A stretch of 64,000 nt of DNA from a virus, in the IMG/VR virus record IMGVR_UViG_3300042389_000724, positions 31,390 to 95,389 of that record; one strand, written 5' to 3'. Within the stretch, counting starts at the first letter, position 1. The number at the start of each line of letters is the position of its first letter. This document shows, piece by piece, positions 8,267 to 17,323 of the stretch. The notes under the pieces are model-generated. The model was not told the DNA's origin. It worked only from the letters and a program-made list of their open reading frames with translations, and searched no databases. Made by a program: the position numbers and the translations under genes.

Positions 8267-9013
8267 TTATCGTCTTATTCTTGTGGGTGCGCCGCCATTC
8301 ATCAAGGAAAACGCTGTTTGTGGGTCGTATAGACCGTTCACGGTTCCGTCTGCACCTACTCGGTAGATTTTCCCGTCTGGTCCGTTTACGAACTTTTGAA
8401 CCTGTGCTTGTGGAGCAGATTGTGCTGCGGATGGATTTGCGGCGGCAATAGACGAGTTGATGCCTGGTCCGATGTATTGTGGTGTGTATTTTCTGAACGA
8501 TAGAGTAATGTCTTGGCGCATCACTTCGTTGTCTTTTTCATATCCTAATTGGATATCACCTAGTGCTTTGGGGTAGACTTCTTCCACTATGAATTTGTGT
8601 GTTGCAAAATCATTCTTTGTGATAACGCTTATTTCCATGTTGCTGATGTAGTCTTCGTAGTACGCAAATTTGTAGTTTGATGTGCTAGAGACAAGACTCA
8701 TCCATGTTTCAAAAAATGCTCGTTCTCGGAGATCAGCGGACAGAACCATCGACAAGTTTAGTTCTCCGCTATAGATTTGCTCGTATGGCATATTTCTAGC
8801 AGGACCATACAACCTGTACGGTGTTGTAGAGAACGATCTGCCTGGTATGGTTGCAGAATCGCAGCGGATCATGATTTGTCGTAGATCTTGAGGATCTTTG
8901 GTGGGAAATGTTTTGGGGTAGTTCACAAGCACTTCGTACCTGTTGCTGTACGCTATGCCAGTCTGCGATATAGAGTTGATCAATTCGTTGATGTTTGACG
9001 GAAGAAAGGTCAT
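8267..9013 (-). CDS. gp54: Baseplate tail-tube initiator gp54 (tube-protein family)
   Basis: SNRYEV...P, RCDSATIPGRS..T, YGP.R.MPY, R.FFETW, EEVYPK..G.I.L; synteny next to gp2/gp4. Confidence 0.8.
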   Translation of the reverse strand: MTFLPSNINELINSISQTGIAYSNRYEVLVNYPKTFPTKDPQDLRQIMIRCDSATIPGRSFSTTPYRLYGPARNMPYEQIYSGELNLSMVLSADLRERAFFETWMSLVSSTSNYKFAYYEDYISNMEISVITKNDFATHKFIVEEVYPKALGDIQLGYEKDNEVMRQDITLSFRKYTPQYIGPGINSSIAAANPSAAQSAPQAQVQKFVNGPDGKIYRVGADGTVNGLYDPQTAFSLMNGGAPTRIRR

Positions 9014-9015
9014 GG

Positions 9016-9600
9016 TTATCCTCGGAATGATTTGTGTAGTGTATCTCTGTACACTGTTGTGGCTCTTGCTTTAACGAATCTTGATGTCTCCGACTTTACC
9101 ATGTCTTCCCATATCTGAAACGGAATCACAACAGGTCGCCGTTTCATTCCACCCCAAGTGTATCTTCGGTAGCAAGGTTTGAAAAATCTGTATCGTCTGC
9201 TGGCATCTAGGCGATCATAATCAACCATCAATCTAGTTCTCCACTCATCTGACGCTTTTATTGTGGGTAGATTACGCATGATTGAATCGAACAGAAAGGT
9301 TCTGTGTTGGGGCATCAAAAAATGTAGATTGATACCTTCGAATCCTCCCCTATAAACATCGGTGATCAGTACTAGTGGAAAACTGTCATAGTATGTATTT
9401 CTCAAAATGAAAGATTGGCTTTCTGGTTTGTATTTGAAGAAAACCATCTGACCCTGAAATAGGCGGTTTGGTATGGACAGGGTTCCGTTTTTTTGCAGGG
9501 ATTGAATAAGACCGATGTAGGTTTGATCCGTTGCACCCAAAGCCGTTGTGGTTTCGGCTATTACGGACTGTATTTCTTTCTGTAGATCGGGCGTGTTCAT
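9016..9600 (-). CDS. gp2: DNA end protector protein gp2
   Basis: G.M.FF.Y.P, YYD.FPLV, GF.GINLH.L, PCYRRY motifs; start at ATG 9600 overlaps the gp4 stop (ATGA). Confidence 0.85.
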   Translation of the reverse strand: MNTPDLQKEIQSVIAETTTALGATDQTYIGLIQSLQKNGTLSIPNRLFQGQMVFFKYKPESQSFILRNTYYDSFPLVLITDVYRGGFEGINLHFLMPQHRTFLFDSIMRNLPTIKASDEWRTRLMVDYDRLDASRRYRFFKPCYRRYTWGGMKRRPVVIPFQIWEDMVKSETSRFVKARATTVYRDTLHKSFRG

Positions 9601-10034
9601 GGTTTTTTGAACAGGTCTTGTTCGGTAAGTATCTTGAATTCCCACCCCTTTGCTTCGGACACCCTCTTCGCTGCTTCCCACTTTGCACTATTTACGAGCC
9701 AGGTCTTTACTTCGGAGATGTATGTTCTTGTTACTTTGGTTTTCTTCTCTGGTTGTTTGCACTGCTTCATTGGCTTGATTTCTACCAACCAAGTCTTTAT
9801 ACCTTCTGGTGTTTTGACCTCAACTAAAAAATCTACAAAGTATCTGTGTTGTTTCTTGTCCACGGGGCTTACATATGGAATGACTACCTCTTCCGATGCC
9901 CAGCGAATAACATTGGAGTTCTGATCACAGAACTTCATGAATTTTCTTTCCCACATACTTCTGTACATGATCTTGGTGGGATCGCCCATGTATTTGGACG
10001 AATTATGAGGTTTAAAAAAGCCCTTGTATGCCAT
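9597..10034 (-). CDS. gp4: Head completion nuclease gp4 (TnsA-like PD-(D/E)XK)
   Basis: MAYKG.FKP.N..KY.GDP..I.YRS.WE.KFM, WASEE..IPY.SP.D, HRYFVDF, EIKP, N.AKW.AA; true start is MAYKG at 10034. Confidence 0.95.
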   Translation of the reverse strand: MAYKGFFKPHNSSKYMGDPTKIMYRSMWERKFMKFCDQNSNVIRWASEEVVIPYVSPVDKKQHRYFVDFLVEVKTPEGIKTWLVEIKPMKQCKQPEKKTKVTRTYISEVKTWLVNSAKWEAAKRVSEAKGWEFKILTEQDLFKKP

Positions 10035-10048
10035 ACATAAATATGTAG
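10033..10048. promoter_or_regulatory. Overlapping divergent late-promoter-like motifs (ATAAATA + 10037-10043; CTACATA - 10048-10042)
   Basis: Sits in the 35-nt gap between the divergent gp4 and gp48 genes. Confidence 0.6.
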
Positions 10049-10069
10049 CCGCACCAACATAGGATTTCA

Positions 10070-11596
10070 ATGCCAACACCCTCAAATCCATTTCCATCGA
10101 CACCACCTAGCGGAATAGTAACCTCTAGCGGTCGTCAGTTTGCTGCTAGCAATAAAACTACCCGCGTTTCGAAGGAATTGTTCAATCAACAGCAGCAAGA
10201 CAATGTTCTTCGTTCTTTAGAAGGAACGCCAAAACTAGAGAGGGGATCCAGGAGTAGACCTAGTGTTTTGAAATATCCTGTAGACATAGGCACAGGAGAG
10301 GTTCCCCATGTCATGCAGTTTAAAGTTTTCTGGCGGTGGGAGAACAAAGACCTGAAGGAGCAGATGGCTGGTGGCTTGAACGCAGCAAAACTGGAATCCG
10401 AAAAGAAGATTGGTGAATTGTCTACTCTCGCGGGTCTTATACAGAATGGAAACCTGACCAAAGAGATGCTTGAGCAGAGTGGTCTTCCCCGAGAGAATAT
10501 TGCCGCTCTTAAAGAACTGGCAAACAGCACCGAGTTACTGAAAATCGTAGACCCGTCAATCAAGGATAATTTGGCTACTCTGCTCCAAACCAATCCAGGA
10601 AAAGCCAAAGATATAATGGAGCAAACGATTAGTTCATATCAGACTCGGCTTTCCAGTATTGAGTCTGAACTTAATGGTTCTTTTGGTAAAGTTGGGCTGG
10701 ATGAACAAGAGCGGCTGATTGTTCAGAATAGATTGGGAGAAGACATATCTGGAACAAGTGTCGGTCAGTCCGCTATAACTGGTGCTGGATCTGGTGCGAT
10801 TGCGGGTGGTTTGATTGGGTTGCTGCTTGGCGGCGGAAAAGGTGCAGCAATAGGTGCAGCAGGAGGCGCAGCAGCGGGAGCAGTAGTTGCTCCTCTGGCG
10901 GTTGCGGGAGCAAAGGCATATCAGAATCAAGCGGTCTATGATCAAATGGTTTCTCTGTACTTGCCTTTCTGTACCAAGATAAACAACGAAGACACATTTC
11001 AGTATGAAGACTCAAGTCAGTCTGCTGCTGGTGCTGCTTTTGATTTTTTGGGAAGACCGATTGAAACTGCTGCTCAGGGTCTTGAAGTCGGAGTGGAAAA
11101 GGCAGCAGGAGCAGTTGGTGCAGCAGGAGCAGGCGCACTTGCTCGTGGAAAAGTTGTGAACCCTAGATTGGAGAAGTTGTTTCGTCAGAAAGACTTTAGA
11201 AACTTCTCGTTCAGTTGGGATTTCTATCCAAAGACAAAGGAAGAAACCGAAGCAATACGAAACATCATAGAGACATTCAGGTATCACGCTCATCCTGCAT
11301 CTGATGATACCAACGCAGGAGAGGGTGAATCAAAGGTAGAAGTGGTTCTTCGTGTTCCAGCAGAATTTGAGATTCGATTCTTGTCAAGCAATCCCAATCC
11401 AAATGTTGCTGGATTTGTTGAGAACGAGTACATACCCAAGATTGGTAGATGTGCTCTTAATTCTATTTCCGTGGACTACACATCAAACTCTATTTTTAGT
11501 TCTTTCGTTGACAATTCACCCACAGCAATCACACTAACACTACAGTTCAGCGAGATGGGTGTGCTGACCAGAGAAGTAGTAGACAAGGGCTTCTGA
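10070..11596 (+). CDS. gp48: Baseplate tail-tube cap gp48 with long internal insertion
   Basis: LKYP.D, NPRLE.LF....FRNFSFSW.F.PK...E...I..II..FRYHAHP, C.L.SI.VDY, LTLQFSE...LTR. Confidence 0.9.
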   Translation: MPTPSNPFPSTPPSGIVTSSGRQFAASNKTTRVSKELFNQQQQDNVLRSLEGTPKLERGSRSRPSVLKYPVDIGTGEVPHVMQFKVFWRWENKDLKEQMAGGLNAAKLESEKKIGELSTLAGLIQNGNLTKEMLEQSGLPRENIAALKELANSTELLKIVDPSIKDNLATLLQTNPGKAKDIMEQTISSYQTRLSSIESELNGSFGKVGLDEQERLIVQNRLGEDISGTSVGQSAITGAGSGAIAGGLIGLLLGGGKGAAIGAAGGAAAGAVVAPLAVAGAKAYQNQAVYDQMVSLYLPFCTKINNEDTFQYEDSSQSAAGAAFDFLGRPIETAAQGLEVGVEKAAGAVGAAGAGALARGKVVNPRLEKLFRQKDFRNFSFSWDFYPKTKEETEAIRNIIETFRYHAHPASDDTNAGEGESKVEVVLRVPAEFEIRFLSSNPNPNVAGFVENEYIPKIGRCALNSISVDYTSNSIFSSFVDNSPTAITLTLQFSEMGVLTREVVDKGF

Positions 11597-12519
11597 TGTA
11601 CTTCTCCAAATTTCCATTAGTAAAGTATCCGATCAAAGACGGAAACGAATTCAGGTATGTGTTTGTACGCAATCTTTTGCGTCGAGTTGCTTTGAGTGAT
11701 GAGTTAAAGAATGGCACGGACAGCGTTTTCTTGGAATATGACATCAAAGACGGAGAACGACCAGAACATATTGCCGAGCGTGTGTATGGAGATGCAACAT
11801 ACCATTGGTTGGTTCTGCTGACTAATGATGTGTTTGATGCTTTTCACGATTGGTATAAATCTGGTTCTGCTTTGGAAGACTATGTTCAGAAAAAACACGC
11901 AGGCACATCAGTCTACTTTACTACTGCATTGAATTCATTCTATTATGATTCACGAATTGTGAGTGGTGTGTGTTTCGGTCAAGGCGGATATACGACTGAT
12001 GTTTTGGATTATCATCCTACTCTATGCAAACTAGTTCTTCGGGGCGGACAATTTGCGGCGGGATCTGGTGTTCTGGGTTTCACTACAGGAGCAACCCTAT
12101 CAGTGAAAATTCATAGGTCGGAACCTTCATATCTTGCAGTGCATCACTTTGAGATAAATCGACCAGCAAACGATGAAACGGCTAACGACAAGTACACGGT
12201 AGACCCTCTTTCACAGCAGAGTTCTAGTTTTTCGGTTTTGGGAAGCGTTGTGGGCGTAACACAAGACGAGTATCCGACTCCCGCACAGGGATTGAACTAT
12301 AGTGGCTCTGGAGTGGTTGATTTCTACGAGACATATATTGGACAATACATGGGTGTCGGTTCAAATCCTGCCATTACAGGACAACCAGTAAATCTATACA
12401 ATATCTCAAATTACATACACGAAAACAGAATCAATGATGAAAAACGAACCATCAAGATTTTGCATCCACGATTCAAGCGAGCGGCTGCTCAAGAACTAGA
12501 ATCCTTGTTGAGGGTATAA
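11596..12519 (+). CDS. gp53: Baseplate wedge protein gp53
   Basis: MYFSKFP, Y.IKDGERPE.IA..VYGD..YHWLVLL.N, and C-terminal SNY.HE...N.EKR.IKIL. Confidence 0.93.
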   Translation: MYFSKFPLVKYPIKDGNEFRYVFVRNLLRRVALSDELKNGTDSVFLEYDIKDGERPEHIAERVYGDATYHWLVLLTNDVFDAFHDWYKSGSALEDYVQKKHAGTSVYFTTALNSFYYDSRIVSGVCFGQGGYTTDVLDYHPTLCKLVLRGGQFAAGSGVLGFTTGATLSVKIHRSEPSYLAVHHFEINRPANDETANDKYTVDPLSQQSSSFSVLGSVVGVTQDEYPTPAQGLNYSGSGVVDFYETYIGQYMGVGSNPAITGQPVNLYNISNYIHENRINDEKRTIKILHPRFKRAAAQELESLLRV

Positions 12520-12520
12520 C

Positions 12521-13852
12521 ATGGCAGATGGACAAGGACATGGTGGATCAGCACTCAAGGCTGGTGATTACAAACTAGAAAAGTTTGCAATGTATTCGTT
12601 GATAAACGGAAGCACTATAGATTTGTCTAATATGTTCCGATACATTGAAGTATACGAAGACATATTCTCTCCATACATTACAGCAAAGTTGTATATCGAA
12701 GACGCTTCAAATTTTCCTGAGAGATTCCCAATTGTCGGACAAGAGAAGATTGAGTTGTCTTTCAAATCAGATATAAACAGTCTTCCTCTTGTTGAGTTGG
12801 TTTTTCGTGTCTATAAGTTGGACGGACAGCAGATCAGCGAGACGGGGAAAACACAAACCTATGTTCTTCATCTCATGAGTGAAGCAGGCTATTTCAATTT
12901 TTCCGAATACTGTGGGTATGCATTGAACGGTAGTGTGACAGAGATGGTAAAAACCATCTTACATAAGCATTTTCCGTCTTCTGTGTGGAAAGATAAGGTT
13001 GAGGTCGAAGACAGTTCAGACAACTATTCATTTGTCTTACCTAGATCGTTTACTCCGCTGAAAGCGATATCTTGGCTGACTTCAAAGGCTTATTCTAAAA
13101 CAGGTGTTGACTATAGCCCGTATCTTTTCTATGAAACTCTTGATGGTCACAAATTCAAGAGTATTTCCAAGATCATAGAAGACGGATCTCGTACTCCCAT
13201 CAAGTATGTTTACACGCAGGCTAACATACCACTATTGGAAGGAGAGAAGGAGAATCTTGGGTTCAACAGCGTTCTTCCGAGCAGGTATCACAAGATTCAG
13301 AAGATTGAAGAGATGAGTCGTTTTGATGCTGCTTCGAACATAATGAATGGGGTGGTGTCGTCCAATCTAGTGGTACATGATTTGATGCGTAAAGAGTTTA
13401 GAAAGTCTGAATTGTTCGAGAGAGATGTGTTTGACACCATGAAGAAACTGGGAAGCGAAACACATTTTAGAGATTCCGACCCCGAATCATCTCGTGTCAT
13501 GGAAAAGGGTGCTGCTTATTACTATCTGCCAACAACACCTTACACTGTGCATAGCAAATACAACCCGATAGTGGACAATACACAGATCGAGTCTCTTTTC
13601 CTCAAGAGAAACTATCACATGAATTCTTTTCTCACACAGAGAATCATGATTCAAGTATTTGGAGACAGTCGTCGTAGAGTTGGAGACATCGTTTCTATAT
13701 CTGTTCCAAAGCCTCAGTCTGATGTCATGTATCAGTACGACAGAGATGACAAAAATATCAGCGGAGAATACATGATCACTAGCATCAAGCATAGCATATC
13801 TGGTTCTTATAGTTGCAAGTACGAACTCTCACGAAACTGTATGGGGGTATGA
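12521..13852 (+). CDS. Baseplate hub protein (gp27-like)
   Basis: IEVYEDIFSP..TA, PIVGQE, FYETLDG.KF.S, G....VGD.V, SGEYMITSIKH; located between gp53 and gp5. Confidence 0.8.
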   Translation: MADGQGHGGSALKAGDYKLEKFAMYSLINGSTIDLSNMFRYIEVYEDIFSPYITAKLYIEDASNFPERFPIVGQEKIELSFKSDINSLPLVELVFRVYKLDGQQISETGKTQTYVLHLMSEAGYFNFSEYCGYALNGSVTEMVKTILHKHFPSSVWKDKVEVEDSSDNYSFVLPRSFTPLKAISWLTSKAYSKTGVDYSPYLFYETLDGHKFKSISKIIEDGSRTPIKYVYTQANIPLLEGEKENLGFNSVLPSRYHKIQKIEEMSRFDAASNIMNGVVSSNLVVHDLMRKEFRKSELFERDVFDTMKKLGSETHFRDSDPESSRVMEKGAAYYYLPTTPYTVHSKYNPIVDNTQIESLFLKRNYHMNSFLTQRIMIQVFGDSRRRVGDIVSISVPKPQSDVMYQYDRDDKNISGEYMITSIKHSISGSYSCKYELSRNCMGV

Positions 13853-14952
13853 TGAAAGGGTTTTTAGGAAAAGAAGGTTTTGTTTGGTGGCATGGTGTCG
13901 TTGAAGACACAGCAGATCCTTTGCATCTTGGTAGATGTAGAGTTCGTGTTTATGGTTTTCATGTAGAAGATAAAACCGAACTACCAACATCTTCTCTGCC
14001 TTGGGCGTATCCCATGCAACCACTTACTAGTGCTGCTCTGTCTGGAGTTGGAACTTCTCCTACTGGTCTTCTAGTTGGATCTCATGTATTTGGGTTTTTC
14101 CGTGATGGAGAAGAGGCTCAAGATCCTGTAATGATTGGATCTTTTGGTGGAGTTCCAATGAAACCCGCCGATACTTCTGTTGGATTTTCCGATTCATCGG
14201 GAAAGTATCCAGCAACGAATGCTGGAATTGCTGCAAAACAATTTCCTCTTGGTGTTTCGGTGGTAGGAGAACAAGACACCAACAGGTTGGCTAGAAATTC
14301 TGATTCCGAGCAAATGAAATCTACTGTTGTGGCATACAAGACATCAACGGTAAAAACAGACATTCCCAGTACACCAGGTGTTCGTGGAGGAAAGAATTGG
14401 AGCGAGCCAGCAACACCGTACTCCGCTGTCTATCCCAAAAACCATGTTCGCTATACTGAGAGTGGTCACATTGAAGAATTTGACGATACACCAGGATCAG
14501 AGAGAATCCATCAGTTTCATTCCTCTGGTTCGTTTGTTGAAATAGGAAACGGATGGGATAGTAATCCAAATGGAACGAGAGTTCAGAGAATAGTTGGAGA
14601 TGACTACGAAATCGTACACGGAAATAAAAAGGTATACATCAGCGGCGGCGAGGGGCTGGATGTTGTTGTTTCTGGAGGAGTCAATCTAACAGTAAGTGGT
14701 GATTGCAGAATAGAATTGAATGGTAAAACCGACATACTAGCCACCAGCGATGTGAATCTTCAAATAGAAGGATCTCTCAAGGCTTCGGGAAAAACGATTG
14801 AGTTCTATGCGGATGGAGATATTGGATTCTCGGGCAGAACCATTTCATTCATCACCGATAGTAATATCATGGTGATGCAGCAGGGCAAGCGCATAGAGGT
14901 GAACTCTGGCGATGCCGTTCTGCGTCCTAAGCGCGTAAATGTGAAGGACTGA
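13849..14952 (+). CDS. gp5: Baseplate central spike gp5 (OB fold plus beta-helix, no lysozyme domain evident)
   Basis: FVWW.GVVED..DPL.LGR.RVR..G.H, LPWA, GFFRDG..AQ.P, YP.NHV..TESGH..EFDDTPG.ERI..FH. Confidence 0.92.
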   Translation: MMKGFLGKEGFVWWHGVVEDTADPLHLGRCRVRVYGFHVEDKTELPTSSLPWAYPMQPLTSAALSGVGTSPTGLLVGSHVFGFFRDGEEAQDPVMIGSFGGVPMKPADTSVGFSDSSGKYPATNAGIAAKQFPLGVSVVGEQDTNRLARNSDSEQMKSTVVAYKTSTVKTDIPSTPGVRGGKNWSEPATPYSAVYPKNHVRYTESGHIEEFDDTPGSERIHQFHSSGSFVEIGNGWDSNPNGTRVQRIVGDDYEIVHGNKKVYISGGEGLDVVVSGGVNLTVSGDCRIELNGKTDILATSDVNLQIEGSLKASGKTIEFYADGDIGFSGRTISFITDSNIMVMQQGKRIEVNSGDAVLRPKRVNVKD

Positions 14953-14956
14953 TCAT

Positions 14957-15175
14957 ATGAATTACCGAGGTCTTCACCGCAAATATCTTGAAGGTTCTTC
15001 TGTGTACGAGGTGTACAGAAGCGGCGATGTTGTGAAAAGGGGAGACAAGTTCTATGTTTGTGCTGTTGAAGAAACATCAGGATATCTTCCAGAAGACATG
15101 GATTCTGGTTTCGATATCATGTCTTATTTTGTAGATCCTTCTCCCAACAATATCATAGACGGGGGAAACTACTAA
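14957..15175 (+). CDS. Small hypothetical protein (Y..GDVV...G..YVC motif, C-terminal IDGG.Y)
   Basis: 72-aa ORF with AAGGA SD, translationally coupled to the PAAR gene. Confidence 0.7.
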   Translation: MNYRGLHRKYLEGSSVYEVYRSGDVVKRGDKFYVCAVEETSGYLPEDMDSGFDIMSYFVDPSPNNIIDGGNY

Positions 15176-15441
15176 TGCCAGGATTTGGGGTATGTAGAGC
15201 ACACATAGATACTGCTGGAGGCACTATTTTGATAGGCAATCCATTCTTTTTTGTTGACGGTTTCCCTGTTTCTGTTGAGGGTAATCCTGTACAAGATCAC
15301 GGCAACAACGAACACGATAACGCAGTCATGGTTCAGGGAAATCCTAATTTTGTGCTTGGGGGAATTCCTGTTTGTACTGTTGCGAGTCAGGCTAGTTGCG
15401 GTCATCCTCCAACAGGTTCGGGAACTTTTTTTGTGGGGTAA
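15175..15441 (+). CDS. PAAR-family spike-tip protein (gp5.4-like)
   Basis: 88 aa with DTAGG, V.DHG...H, ASCGH...GS..FFVG; follows gp5. Confidence 0.88.
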   Translation: MPGFGVCRAHIDTAGGTILIGNPFFFVDGFPVSVEGNPVQDHGNNEHDNAVMVQGNPNFVLGGIPVCTVASQASCGHPPTGSGTFFVG

Positions 15442-15444
15442 CAA

Positions 15445-16248
15445 ATGGCAGATCAGCAGTGTCCATGTAAACAAAAATTGAGCGAAGGCGAAAAGGGTAT
15501 TCTCAATTTTGGATTGAGCAGCGAGATGCTTAAAAATCCAAATGCTGCTGCTATCGGATTAACACGGCAGTTGGGTGGCTCGAATGGAAATCGTCTTGCG
15601 ACTATAATCGGCAATGCTACAGCGGTTCCTCCCGTTTCGTATTCGCAGCAAATCGCTCCTCTGCTTCCGTCTCTGAATGCTCTGAAAGACAAAATAGATC
15701 AGCAATCTGGAATTGTTGATGTCTTCGAAGCAGAGTGCAACAGGATGACTGATCCGCGATATCTTACCAGCATCATAAGCAGCCTTTCTCTTTATGGAGA
15801 ATTGTCCTGTGCTTTGGGAATCGAAGGTCTTGATATTGGTGTTGGTCTTAATGTGGTCAATCAAAATGGTCAGTTGTCCATACAGGCAGCAGTTGCCGCA
15901 AATGTAAACCTAGAAAAGATACTGAATCAGTTTGATTCTGGTCTTGGAACCGATGTTGCTAGTGCTGTGCAGAGCCTACAGGCTGGATTAGATGGCGCGT
16001 TTGCTGCTATAGATCAGGTAAACGGTGCTATCAATGGTGTCATGGCTGAAGCAGCAGCAATACAAAACGCAGTCGCAGACTTTATTCAAAAATACACAAA
16101 CATTAGTTCGCTCGCCAGCCTGGTGGATACTGCAAGCACAGATCCTTGTTTTAAACTTGGATCTACTCTCAATGGTAGTCTTGTTAGTCCAGGATTCTTG
16201 AATGTTGTTCGGGGAGGAACACCGACAGGATTTGGAACAACAAGATGA
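15445..16248 (+). CDS. Hypothetical baseplate-region protein
   Basis: 267-aa ORF tightly coupled to its neighbours; helical, with several Cys (CPC, ELSC, DPCF). Confidence 0.75.
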   Translation: MADQQCPCKQKLSEGEKGILNFGLSSEMLKNPNAAAIGLTRQLGGSNGNRLATIIGNATAVPPVSYSQQIAPLLPSLNALKDKIDQQSGIVDVFEAECNRMTDPRYLTSIISSLSLYGELSCALGIEGLDIGVGLNVVNQNGQLSIQAAVAANVNLEKILNQFDSGLGTDVASAVQSLQAGLDGAFAAIDQVNGAINGVMAEAAAIQNAVADFIQKYTNISSLASLVDTASTDPCFKLGSTLNGSLVSPGFLNVVRGGTPTGFGTTR

Positions 16249-16916
16249 TTTCCTCCGACAGCAACATCACCGAACTAAAGGATATCTCCCTTATGGTTGG
16301 AGAGATATTTGGTGTTTTTATTGTTGGGCTGGGTTTGGGGGCTTGGGGAATAATCAAGAAGCAAAACCTGAATTGGTCTTCTAGGTGGAAGGATGTAACG
16401 GAAAAGAGGTTTGTTCAGAAGCACACACAGATACATGAACTACTCACGGAGTTGAGGCTTACCTCTAGGTGCTGTCGGTGCTTGATTTTTCAATTTCACA
16501 ACGGCGGGTCTTTTGCCGATGGTAGTTCAATCAAGAGGTTTTCCGTAACCCACGAGTCGTGTGCCTCTGGGGTGGGAACTGTTATGCTTGACTCTCAAGA
16601 TGTGTTACTGACAAGGTATGCTGAATTGATACGAGTTTTAGAAGAACAACCTTCAAAAATTCTTTCGATTCGTGATGTTCCTTCTTCTGGATTCCGTTCT
16701 GGACTTGAGATAAATAGCGTAGATTACTTTACTCTGCTTCCTCTTAGATGTTCCGATGGTATTTCTCCTCTTGGTTTTGTGTGTTGTCAGTGGTGTTCTG
16801 GAGATGCACTAGATGATATTGAGAAAGAGGGTATTTCTCAAACGACTTTAGAGCAAGTGATCTCAGAGGCAGTAGAAAACATCAACGCACACATAAACTT
16901 CAAAAAGAACAAATAA
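16245..16916 (+). CDS. Membrane protein with GAF-like domain (holin T-like)
   Basis: N-terminal TM segment (IFGVFIVGLGLGAWGII), then L.ELR......IFQFHNGG.F.....RFS.THE and PLGFV motifs, a topology like T4 holin T. Confidence 0.55.
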   Translation: MISSDSNITELKDISLMVGEIFGVFIVGLGLGAWGIIKKQNLNWSSRWKDVTEKRFVQKHTQIHELLTELRLTSRCCRCLIFQFHNGGSFADGSSIKRFSVTHESCASGVGTVMLDSQDVLLTRYAELIRVLEEQPSKILSIRDVPSSGFRSGLEINSVDYFTLLPLRCSDGISPLGFVCCQWCSGDALDDIEKEGISQTTLEQVISEAVENINAHINFKKNK

Positions 16917-17323
16917 TGGCTCTACGCTTAACAGGAACATCCACATCGGTATACACGGACATAGATCCCATGTTTTCGAGGAATCCGAAAACTGGCGATC
17001 TTCTTCTTGTTCGTGACGATCAGGCGATACGAACTTCTTTGAAGAATCTACTCATGACTTCCTTTGGTGAACGGCTGTTTCAGCCGACCATAGGTGGATC
17101 TCTTCGTTCTCTGCTCTTTGAACCCATAGATGCAATCACGACTATGGAGATCAAAGACAGAATACTGAAAACTATATTGGATCATGAGCCAAGAGTTTCA
17201 AATGTTGTAGTTAGTATTAGTGCATCGGAAGATCAGAATGGCTACGGTGTTGAAATAGAGTATTCAATCGTTGCTGCTGGAAAAACTGATAGAGTGTCGG
17301 TTGTACTAGAAAGGGTGCGCTGA
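16916..17323 (+). CDS. gp25: Baseplate wedge gp25
   Basis: YTDID..F..NP.TGD, AI..SLKNL..T..GERLFQP..G..L..LLFEP, EPRV, ends LERVR. Confidence 0.95.
   Translation: MALRLTGTSTSVYTDIDPMFSRNPKTGDLLLVRDDQAIRTSLKNLLMTSFGERLFQPTIGGSLRSLLFEPIDAITTMEIKDRILKTILDHEPRVSNVVVSISASEDQNGYGVEIEYSIVAAGKTDRVSVVLERVR

Noticed and set aside
9597-10034. TnsA-like nuclease as evidence of a Tn7 transposon
   Set aside because: It is the conserved T4 gp4 head completion protein in its normal position next to gp2; no other transposon genes or ends are present.
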